From positions 625 to 64,624 of IMG/VR virus record IMGVR_UViG_3300019487_000032: 64,000 bases of DNA; one strand, given 5' to 3'. Source of the DNA: a virus. Within the stretch, counting starts at the first letter, position 1. Every line of letters begins with the position of its first letter. Shown here one piece after another: positions 9,419 to 19,887 of this stretch. The notes under the pieces were generated by a model. That model saw only the letters and a list, made by a program, of their open reading frames with translations. It was not told the origin of the DNA and made no database searches. Both the position numbers and the translations under genes were made by a program.

Positions 9419-10320
9419 AGGTCATTGACGTCAGCAAGCCCGGCCGGATCCAGCGCATCACTGCGCTCTCGTACGGGCAATCTCGCGCGGGCAAAACCCG
9501 CTTCGCCGGGTCGTGGCCTCGTCCGCTGTTTCTCAGCGACGCGACCGAATCCGGTTGGACCACTCTCTCGAACATGGATCACAACGCGCGCTTCGAAGAA
9601 GGCCGCGCGCCGATCGTGTGGGCGATCGAGAAGGCCCAGGACATGATGCAGGGTGTGCACGACGCCGAGCCGCTCGTGAAGCGCGGCGATGTGCACACCG
9701 TCGTGATCGACTCGCTCACGTTCTACGCCGATCTGTTCTTCAACACGCTCGACGCTGCTGGTGGCAACCGCGCCGACGGCCGCCAGCTCTACCAGAAGCT
9801 CGGGCAGCACCTGAAGAACCTGCGCGAGCAGATTCACCTGCTCGGCTGCAACGTCGTCTGGCTCGCGCTGGAGAAGCCACCGGGCGAGGACACGCCGATC
9901 GGCGGTCCGATGTTGTCGGGCCAGAACGCCGCGAAGTTCGCCGCTGGTTGCGACTACGTGTTCTATCACCGCAGCTTCCAATCGCAGCCGAACCAGCCGC
10001 TGCAGTTCGAGATCCGCACGCGCAAGTATCAGCACTACCAAGCCGGCGGTCGCGACGAAGGTCGTCTGCCGGATCCGCTCGGTTACATGCAAGCCGTCGA
10101 AGGCGGCACCGACATCTTCGTTCCCGATTGCACGTACCGTACGCTCGCCGAGGCGTTGGGCATTCTGCCTATCGCTGACGGTGTGTCGATCGCTGCTGGG
10201 ACTGGAATCGATGAAGCAGTCGCAGCAGCGACTGCGCCCAGCAACGGCAAGGGCAAGGCTGTCACCGGCCGCCCGACGCCGCCAACCCCGTCTCAACCTG
10301 GTCGGAGCACGACCAGGTAA
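9415..10320 (+). CDS. AAA_24 / Sak4-like ATPase (ssDNA-annealing protein)
   Basis: YGQSRAGKTRF, TVVIDSLT; lies between an exonuclease and an SSB. Confidence 0.8.
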   Translation: MKVIDVSKPGRIQRITALSYGQSRAGKTRFAGSWPRPLFLSDATESGWTTLSNMDHNARFEEGRAPIVWAIEKAQDMMQGVHDAEPLVKRGDVHTVVIDSLTFYADLFFNTLDAAGGNRADGRQLYQKLGQHLKNLREQIHLLGCNVVWLALEKPPGEDTPIGGPMLSGQNAAKFAAGCDYVFYHRSFQSQPNQPLQFEIRTRKYQHYQAGGRDEGRLPDPLGYMQAVEGGTDIFVPDCTYRTLAEALGILPIADGVSIAAGTGIDEAVAAATAPSNGKGKAVTGRPTPPTPSQPGRSTTR

Positions 10321-10359
10321 ATGTTCGAGTCACTGCAACCCTAGAAAGAGAGCAATCCG

Positions 10360-10920
10360 ATGGCCGAGTTTGTCGATTACATCAGCAACATGGGTCTCAA
10401 CGACCCGAGCCTCATCCCGCACGACGGCCGCAACCAGCGCGTCGAGCCTGGCACCTACGACTGGGAGATCACCAAGGCGGTGTTCGATCAGTCGAAGAAG
10501 GGCAACCGCACGCTGCGCGTCACCGCGATCGTGAACACCGAGGACAGCCCGATGAAGGGCCGCTCGCTGGTAGGCACGTACGTGATCAGCGAGGACGACT
10601 TTGCTCGTCGTCGTATGAAGGCGCTCGTCGAGGCGACGGGCGTACAGGTCGACGCGAACGGCGGTCTCTCCAAGGACGCGTTCGTGGGCACGCACTTCAC
10701 GGCCGATGTCGTCGTCGACACGTTCGACGACATCGACTCGAAGACGGGCCAGCCGGTGACCAAGGACTTCACGAAGTGGATCGGCGAGCGCCCCTACGAG
10801 GGTTCCGCGCCGGCCGCCGCTGCGTCGAAGCCTGCGGCTCCGGCAGCAACGGCTGCAGCACCGCGCCGTCCGGCCGCTCCGGCGACCAACGGCAACGGCG
10901 CCGCGCGCCCGCGCAGCTAA
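10360..10920 (+). CDS. DUF669-like single-stranded DNA-binding protein
   Basis: VEPGTYDWEITKA..QSKKGNRTLRV; Ala/Pro-rich tail; Sak4 gene context. Confidence 0.75.
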   Translation: MAEFVDYISNMGLNDPSLIPHDGRNQRVEPGTYDWEITKAVFDQSKKGNRTLRVTAIVNTEDSPMKGRSLVGTYVISEDDFARRRMKALVEATGVQVDANGGLSKDAFVGTHFTADVVVDTFDDIDSKTGQPVTKDFTKWIGERPYEGSAPAAAASKPAAPAATAAAPRRPAAPATNGNGAARPRS

Positions 10921-11035
10921 CGCACCCGCGTTAGTCGCCGCAGTCGTTTGCTCAACGGCAAGTCACCAGACTCGTGCGGGCTAGCTGCCCGCGCTGCGGC
11001 CCAACGTCGATCGTTGACAGTCCAACACGAGGGGA

Positions 11036-13479
<2,444 letters not shown>

Positions 13480-13486
<7 letters not shown>

Positions 13487-13917
13487 TCACTCCGTGCATC
13501 GTCTGGTCGGGTGCCAAGGACCGTGATGGGTATGGCGTCACTTCTCGCAATGGGAAGTGGACACGTGCGCATCGCGCCGCTTGGTCTGACGTGCACGGAC
13601 CGATCCCCGAGGGACTGCTCGTAATGCACGAGTGCGACAACCCGCCGTGTATCAACGTCGAGCATCTCAAGCTGGGTACGATCCTCGACAATAACCGGGA
13701 CGCGATCACGAAAGGTCGTCGCGCACGTTTCTCGGGACGTCGTCTCGACTGCACGGGTGTTCGCGGCGAACAACACCCTGTCTCGAAGGTCACAGACAAG
13801 CAACGCGAAGAGATCTTCGCGCTGTATCACGGCGAGCGGCTCTCACAGGCTGCGATCGCCAAGCGGTACAACATCGGCCAGACGGGGATCTCAAAGATCC
13901 TTCGGACCTGGTGCTAG
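13480..13917 (+). CDS. HNH homing endonuclease
   Basis: CIVWSG..DGYG..AHRAAW..VMHECDNPPCINVEHL..N; C-terminal HTH. Confidence 0.9.
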
Positions 13918-13925
13918 GAGTCGCC

Positions 13926-14432
13926 ATGCAGAACGGCAACGGTAAGCGTCACGTGATCGAGCGGTCTCCTTTCAATCGTAGTGGCGAGGTGATCGTCAAG
14001 GCGAACGAGAGAGGCGTCGTTCCCGAGAGCGGCACAATCCACAACATGGATCGCGACTTCGAGGTTCCGTACCTCACGTTCAAGCTGACCGCGCTCGCAG
14101 ACGGCGCGGTCTGTGATCCGCAGCCGGACGTGCTCGATCGCTTCATCAAAATCGACATACTCGACGCAAGTCGCAACGAGCCCGTCGGTCCCATCGTGCT
14201 GACGGCCATCGGCGACGGTGTCTACCGCTGGACACCGCGCGCACCGATCACGCTCCGTCGCGGCGACTACTGGCGCGTCCAGGTCTACGGTCGCGAATCG
14301 TTCGACGTCGCGTTCGACGGCCAGCGCAAGCGTCTTGATGCGATCCGCGTCGAGGTCACGTTCGAGGGTGAGCTACTCCGGTACGCGATCGTCGTCGAGA
14401 AGGGCGCAGGCGTCGAAGCACCGCTGGGCTGA
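13926..14432 (+). CDS. Hypothetical protein (beta-rich)
   Basis: TAGGAG RBS before ATG 13926. Confidence 0.7.
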   Translation: MQNGNGKRHVIERSPFNRSGEVIVKANERGVVPESGTIHNMDRDFEVPYLTFKLTALADGAVCDPQPDVLDRFIKIDILDASRNEPVGPIVLTAIGDGVYRWTPRAPITLRRGDYWRVQVYGRESFDVAFDGQRKRLDAIRVEVTFEGELLRYAIVVEKGAGVEAPLG

Positions 14433-14485
14433 GCGGCACTTCGACCGAGAGCACCGACAACCTCGTCAGTAGGGAGACGAGATAC

Positions 14486-16222
14486 ATGACCAAGAATCCA
14501 TCACTGGCACCAGACTGCCTGATCAACGTCGAGCGGCTCGTCGAGAGCAAGCTGCTCGTCCAGGCGAACAGCGGCGGCGGCAAGAGCTGGACGATCCGGC
14601 TCCTCGCCGAGCAAACCTACGGCAAGGTCCAGCAGATCATCATCGACCACGACGGCGAGTACCACACGCTCGCTGAGAAGTTCGATTACGTGATCGCCCG
14701 TAAGGGCGGCGAAGCGCCCGCCGACATCAAGAGCGCAGCGCTACTCGCGCGCCGGCTCTTGGAGCTGGGTGTCTCGGCGATCATCGACATCTACGAGCTG
14801 GGCACGCAGCGCGCCGAGTTCGTGCGACGGCTCCTCGACGCGATCACCAACTCGCCGCGCGACCTGTGGCACCCGTGCCTCGTATTCATCGACGAGGCGC
14901 ACCTGTACTGCCCCGAGAAGGGCAGCTCGATCGCGTCCGAGGCGGTCAAGCAGTTCATGTCGCTCGGGCGCAAGCGCGGCTTCGCTGGCATCCTCGCTAC
15001 GCAGCGGATCGCGAAGCTCGACAAGGACGCCGCTGCCGAATGCAACAGCAAGCTGATCGGCCGCTCGGCACTCGACGTCGACATGAAGCGTTCCGCCGAC
15101 GAGCTGGGGTTCTCCTCGAAGGAAGACGCCCGCTCGCTGCGTACGCTCAAGCCCGGCCAGTTCTATGCGTTCGGGCCGGCATTCACCGACGAGGTCACGC
15201 TGATCCAAGTCGGCGACGTCAAGACGACGCACCTACGCGCCGGCCAGCGCGCGATGGCGCCGCCTGCGCCGCGTGAGAAGGTCAAGAAGATCCTCGCGCA
15301 GCTCAAGGATCTCCCGCAGGAAGCGGAACAAGAGGCCAAGACGATCATCGAGCTGCAGGCACAGGTGAAGCAGCTGCGCAGCGCGCTCAAGAAGGCCGAG
15401 AGCGGCGCGCCCGCACCTGTCGAGAAGATCGTCGAGAAGCCGGCGTTCAAGGACAGCGACTTCAAGCAGCTCGACGCGCTCTGCAGCAAAGCATTCTCTG
15501 TCGCGGAGAAGCTCGCGCCACACCTCGAATCGTTCGCGGCCGGTGCCGCGTCACTACGTGCTCAGGTGACCAGCCTGCAGACGTTCACGCTCAGCCAGAA
15601 TCGCGCGCCTGTGCGTCCGATCGATCCGCTGATCAAAGGCACGGCGCAGCAGCTCCGCGATCGCGATCGCGATCGCAACCGCGAGCGTGTCGAGCGGTCA
15701 CCGTCCAAGGGCGACCCGCTGCATCACCAGTACGTCTCGCACCCGCCCGACGACAGCGGTGAGTTGCCGCCGGGTGAGCAGGCCGTCCTGCGTGCGCTGA
15801 TCCAGTTCCCCAAGGGCCTGCAGCGCTCGCAGCTCACGGTGCTCACCGGCTACGCCCGCAGCTCACGCGACGCGTACATCAGCCGTCTCAAGGCCAAGGG
15901 TTTGGTCGAGGTCAATCTCGTCTACGTGTTCGCGACTGATGCAGGCATCGCCGCGATGCCGCACGCTGAACCACTGCCGACCGGTGACGCGCTCCGCGAC
16001 TACTGGTACCGCGAGCTGCCCGACGGCGAGCGCAACGTGCTGCGAATTCTGGTCGATGCGTACCCTGATGCCGTCGAGAAAACGTCGGTCGACGAACAGA
16101 CCGGCTACGCACGCAGCTCGCGCGACGCATACATCAGCCGCATGCGTGCGAAGCAGCTCGTCGTCGATGTCGGTCGCGGTGCCGTCAAGGCCAGCGAAGT
16201 GTTGTTCGAGATCGACGCATGA
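14486..16222 (+). CDS. HerA/FtsK-superfamily ATPase (DUF87-like) with coiled coil and duplicated C-terminal wHTH-like repeats
   Basis: QANSGGGKS, LVFIDEAH, RKRG..ILATQR; TGYARSSRDAYISR occurs twice. Confidence 0.8.
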   Translation: MTKNPSLAPDCLINVERLVESKLLVQANSGGGKSWTIRLLAEQTYGKVQQIIIDHDGEYHTLAEKFDYVIARKGGEAPADIKSAALLARRLLELGVSAIIDIYELGTQRAEFVRRLLDAITNSPRDLWHPCLVFIDEAHLYCPEKGSSIASEAVKQFMSLGRKRGFAGILATQRIAKLDKDAAAECNSKLIGRSALDVDMKRSADELGFSSKEDARSLRTLKPGQFYAFGPAFTDEVTLIQVGDVKTTHLRAGQRAMAPPAPREKVKKILAQLKDLPQEAEQEAKTIIELQAQVKQLRSALKKAESGAPAPVEKIVEKPAFKDSDFKQLDALCSKAFSVAEKLAPHLESFAAGAASLRAQVTSLQTFTLSQNRAPVRPIDPLIKGTAQQLRDRDRDRNRERVERSPSKGDPLHHQYVSHPPDDSGELPPGEQAVLRALIQFPKGLQRSQLTVLTGYARSSRDAYISRLKAKGLVEVNLVYVFATDAGIAAMPHAEPLPTGDALRDYWYRELPDGERNVLRILVDAYPDAVEKTSVDEQTGYARSSRDAYISRMRAKQLVVDVGRGAVKASEVLFEIDA

Positions 16223-16404
16223 AGTCGCCAATCGCGAACAAGGTGAGCGTGCTCGAAACGCTCCGTATCCGGCTGCACATCGCCGAAGTCGTCGTACAGC
16301 ACAGTGTCTCGAACGGAGAGCCGCCGGCCTGTCAGGTCAACGGTAACACGGCCTCGGCCGATCTACGCGAAGCGATGCGCTTCATCGAGGAGCATGCGGA
16401 GTGA
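16219..16404 (+). CDS. Small hypothetical protein
   Basis: Overlaps both neighbours by 4 nt (ATGA/GTGA). Confidence 0.55.
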   Translation: MKSPIANKVSVLETLRIRLHIAEVVVQHSVSNGEPPACQVNGNTASADLREAMRFIEEHAE

Positions 16405-16829
16405 CTCTCGGCAGCGTCCTGACTGAAGGCATCGGCATCGTCGCGTTCGCGACCAACGTCTGGGCCAACATTCTCATCGCGCGCAAGAGCGAGACCGGCT
16501 GGATTGTCCGACTGGTCTCGAACGTGTTCTGGCTCGCGTTCGGCATCGTCGCACTCAGCATCGCCAACATGCTCAACGCGGTCACGTTCGCTGCGATCAA
16601 CGTCTACGGCCTGCGCCGCTGGCGCAAGGAGCGACTCATGCCGCCCGCGTGCGACGACCACTACCGGATCGACTGTCGCTACTGCACCAATATCATCCGG
16701 CAATGCCATTGCCACATCGGCACCGACAAGCCGATCACGCGCGACGGTATCTGCAGCACCTGCGTCAAAATGTTGCCGCCGACCGCCGATGACACCACGA
16801 CGCCGTTCATCAAGGAGCCCGTCGCGTGA
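16401..16829 (+). CDS. Short PnuC-like membrane protein with Cys-rich tail
   Basis: Three hydrophobic segments (GWIVRLVSNVFW..AINVYGLRRW), then CRYC..CHC..CSTC. Confidence 0.55.
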   Translation: MTLGSVLTEGIGIVAFATNVWANILIARKSETGWIVRLVSNVFWLAFGIVALSIANMLNAVTFAAINVYGLRRWRKERLMPPACDDHYRIDCRYCTNIIRQCHCHIGTDKPITRDGICSTCVKMLPPTADDTTTPFIKEPVA

Positions 16830-19441
16830 CCGGTATGGCTGCGCCCGCGCCTGCGCCCGTCGAGGAAGCATGGGAGCCGCCGCTGATCATACGCGGCAAG
16901 GTGGACGGCGCGCAGTGTGCGACGTGCCCGTTTTCGTCGCACGGCAAGCCGCGTCAGCCAGTCGTCGCTGAAGGTCCCGAGCGTCCGATCTGGATCGTCG
17001 TCGGTGAAGGTCCCGGCCACAACGAAGTGATCCAGGGCCGTCCGTTCGTCGGACAATCCGGTCGCATGGTGTCGGATGCGCTCCTGCGTATTAGGACGCG
17101 CCGCGAGAGCGTCTGGATCACGAACGCGACGCTGTGTCAGCCGCCGAGCGGCGCCACCGACGCACAGAAGAAAGAGGCGCGCCGATGTTGCGCGCCGCGT
17201 TTGCAACGCGAGCTGGCCGAGTTCCCGGGCCGACCCATCGCGGCACTTGGTGCCATCGCCGCGCAGGGATTCTGCGGCGAGAAGTTTTCGATCACGCAGA
17301 TGGCCGGCTCGCTGCACAAAGTCGATTTCGACGGCACGGGCGTACGTGAGGTGATTCCGACCACGCACCCCGCCGCGATTCTCCGCGGCGGTGGTGGTTC
17401 CGGCGGCGGCGCGCACACCAGCGATCTCGGTTTTTGGTCGCTGCTCTACGATCTTCAGAAGGTCAACCTGCTCGCGCGCAACGTCGACATCCGGTTCACC
17501 GACGACATCGAGTACGAGACGGCTGATCCTGCGCGTGCCGAGAAGCTCGTCGAGGACATGGTCCGTGACATCCGTGTCAAGCGCGAGTTCGCGTGCGATA
17601 CCGAGACCTACGTCGACGATCCAAAGAAGCACTCCGCGTTGCAGGCGGCACACGCCAAGCTCAACGCGATCGGCCTCGCGACTGTTGATCGCGCTGTCAG
17701 TGTCGCGTGGCAGATCCTGACCCAGCGCGCGAAGCGCCTGATCGCTGCGGTCCTCGCCGACAGCAGCATCACGAAGTGGTTCCACAACGGTCTCTACGAC
17801 GTCCCGGTGCTGAATCGCCACGGCTTCGAGGTCAACGGCCCACGCGAGGACACGCTGCTGATGCACCACAGCGCGTTTCCCGGTCTACCGCATGACTTGC
17901 AGCGCGTGACGACGCAATTCCACGCGATCACGCCATGGAAGGCCGAGTACCGCCACGGGCAGGGCTCGCTCGAAGAACTGTTGCCATACAACGCGCGCGA
18001 CACGCTCGCGACGATGCGCGATGCCGCACCGCTGACCATCGCGATCAAGAAGTCCAACTCGGAGAAGACCTACGAGGTCGACAAGGCGATGGCCCGGGCA
18101 GCGGCCATCATGCACGTCAAGGGCGTGCCGATCGACCGCGAGGTCAACGAGCAGCTCCGCGTCGGCTTCAAGGCGCACATCGATCGCAATCGCAATGAAC
18201 TGAACGCGAAGGTGTTCGAGCCCGGCATCAACGCACGTTTCCGTGAACGGCTCGCGCTCGAACAGGCGCGACGCCCGCGCAAGCACGACTCCCTCGATCT
18301 CGAAGAGCGCATCACCAAGCGCCTCGCCGAGATGGACAACCCGAAGAAGCCGTTCCGCTTCATGCTCGACTCTGGCGATCACGTCGTGTCGTTCCTGAAG
18401 GCGTGCGGCGTCCCACTGTCGATCCAGACCGCCAGCGGCAAGATCTCGACGAAGAAGGACATCCTAGAGAGCTTCGTGCACTACCCCGAGGTGCGCGCTC
18501 TCCTGACCTATCGCGAGAACGCGAAGCTGCTCAACACGTTCGTCGAGCGCATGTTCACGCGCGAGTACGGCGACAAGATCGTCTACGGCTTCGCCGACGA
18601 AAACGATCGCGTACACCCGCGCTGGAGCGTCCACAAAATCACCGGCCGTTGGGGCTCCGAAGCACCGGGCTCGCAGAACTGGCCCAAGGCCGATAAGAAG
18701 AAGGGCCGCCCGAACCTGCGCAGTCAGGTCATTGCGCGTCCAGGCCGTGCGCTCGTCGCGTTCGACGCCAAGCAGCTTGAAGCGCGCATCATCGCGCTGC
18801 TGTCGGCCGATCCGTTCCTGCTCGACATCTTCAACAACGACAAGGACATCCACAGCGAGTTCGCTCGCATCGTGTGGCCGGACTTCGACACGCGTCCCGT
18901 CGACGAACGCAAGGTGCTCCGCGACATGATCAAGCGGCCCGAGTACGGCGCGTTCTACGGCGGTGCCGTCGACACGCTGTGGAAGGCCGTCGTCCGCGAC
19001 TACCCAAACGTCACGATCGGCATGATCGGCAAGATGGTCGCGACGATGAAGGTGAAGATGCCTGCCGTCACGGCATGGCACCAGCGCATGATGCGCACCG
19101 CCGAGGAAGTCGGCGAGGTGCGCAGTGCGATCCTCGGTCGCCGTCGCTGCTTCCCGCTCAAGCAGTTCGAGCTGTCCGAGGTCGTCAACTTCCCGGTGCA
19201 GTCGACCGGCGCCGACATCATCAACCTGGGCCTCATGGACTGCATGCCACGTCTACCGGCGACGGCATTCCCGATCCTGCAGATCCATGACGCCGTCGTG
19301 TTTGAGTGCGACGAGGACGACCAGGAGCTAGTGAAGCGCATCGTCGTCGAGAGCTTCACGCGCGAAGTCACGCACGAGGGTGTCACGGTGAATTTCCCCG
19401 TCGACGCGCGCTCGGGCAAGAGCTGGGCAGAGGTGAACTGA
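16826..19441 (+). CDS. polA: Family A DNA polymerase with N-terminal family 4 uracil-DNA glycosylase and 3'-5' exonuclease domains
   Basis: UDG4: CATC, VGEGPG, RPFVG.SG, TNATLC, HPAAILR. Exonuclease: CDTET, HNGLYD, YNARD. Polymerase: DAKQLEAR, KRPEYGAFYG, QIHDAV. Confidence 0.93.
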   Translation: MTGMAAPAPAPVEEAWEPPLIIRGKVDGAQCATCPFSSHGKPRQPVVAEGPERPIWIVVGEGPGHNEVIQGRPFVGQSGRMVSDALLRIRTRRESVWITNATLCQPPSGATDAQKKEARRCCAPRLQRELAEFPGRPIAALGAIAAQGFCGEKFSITQMAGSLHKVDFDGTGVREVIPTTHPAAILRGGGGSGGGAHTSDLGFWSLLYDLQKVNLLARNVDIRFTDDIEYETADPARAEKLVEDMVRDIRVKREFACDTETYVDDPKKHSALQAAHAKLNAIGLATVDRAVSVAWQILTQRAKRLIAAVLADSSITKWFHNGLYDVPVLNRHGFEVNGPREDTLLMHHSAFPGLPHDLQRVTTQFHAITPWKAEYRHGQGSLEELLPYNARDTLATMRDAAPLTIAIKKSNSEKTYEVDKAMARAAAIMHVKGVPIDREVNEQLRVGFKAHIDRNRNELNAKVFEPGINARFRERLALEQARRPRKHDSLDLEERITKRLAEMDNPKKPFRFMLDSGDHVVSFLKACGVPLSIQTASGKISTKKDILESFVHYPEVRALLTYRENAKLLNTFVERMFTREYGDKIVYGFADENDRVHPRWSVHKITGRWGSEAPGSQNWPKADKKKGRPNLRSQVIARPGRALVAFDAKQLEARIIALLSADPFLLDIFNNDKDIHSEFARIVWPDFDTRPVDERKVLRDMIKRPEYGAFYGGAVDTLWKAVVRDYPNVTIGMIGKMVATMKVKMPAVTAWHQRMMRTAEEVGEVRSAILGRRRCFPLKQFELSEVVNFPVQSTGADIINLGLMDCMPRLPATAFPILQIHDAVVFECDEDDQELVKRIVVESFTREVTHEGVTVNFPVDARSGKSWAEVN

Positions 19442-19887
19442 TGCTGCTACCGCGCCCGCTGATCGTGTCGTTCGTCGGCCTCGGCCGCCCCGAGTCGCTC
19501 GCTGAGCTTGCCGAGCTTGCAGGCCGCAAGCTGATCAGCGCACGCGAGGTTGACACGTCGGTGTTCAAGGGTGTGCTCGTGTCCGGCACCAAACCGCTCT
19601 GGCAGTACGCGCTGTCGGTCTCAGCATCCGAACTGCGGCTCGGCACGAGCTACTTCCTGGTGCTGATCCCAGACGGTGCGACGTTCGCGCTCATCATGGG
19701 CTGCGCGTCGCACTTCTCTGCACCAGTCGACGACATGCACACGGTACCGGTGCCGCGCTTGCACTCGTGCACGTCACGCAACGGCATTCGTTTCGCCGAC
19801 GAAGCACAGATCGCCGTCATTGAAGATGCGCTCGGCGTAGCACCGCACGAGCGTTGGGCCACTGTCACCACTAGGGGAATCACATGA
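19441..19887 (+). CDS. Hypothetical protein
   Basis: TGATG overlap with the polA stop; GTGA/ATGA-type coupling downstream. Confidence 0.65.
   Translation: MLLPRPLIVSFVGLGRPESLAELAELAGRKLISAREVDTSVFKGVLVSGTKPLWQYALSVSASELRLGTSYFLVLIPDGATFALIMGCASHFSAPVDDMHTVPVPRLHSCTSRNGIRFADEAQIAVIEDALGVAPHERWATVTTRGIT

Noticed and set aside
10937-11003. Cloverleaf ending near CCA read as a tRNA
   Set aside because: Only about 64 nt, with no TTC T-loop, no proper anticodon arm and no discriminator-CCA register.
10921-11035. Cobalamin riboswitch or NrdR box upstream of nrdJ
   Set aside because: Too short and lacks the B12-box motifs; no NrdR-box palindrome was seen.
15655-15680. (CGCGAT)n run containing GATCGC-N4-GCGATC
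   Set aside because: It is a coding microsatellite (RDRDRD) inside the HerA-like gene and was not counted as an operator. It shows the motif can arise by chance.
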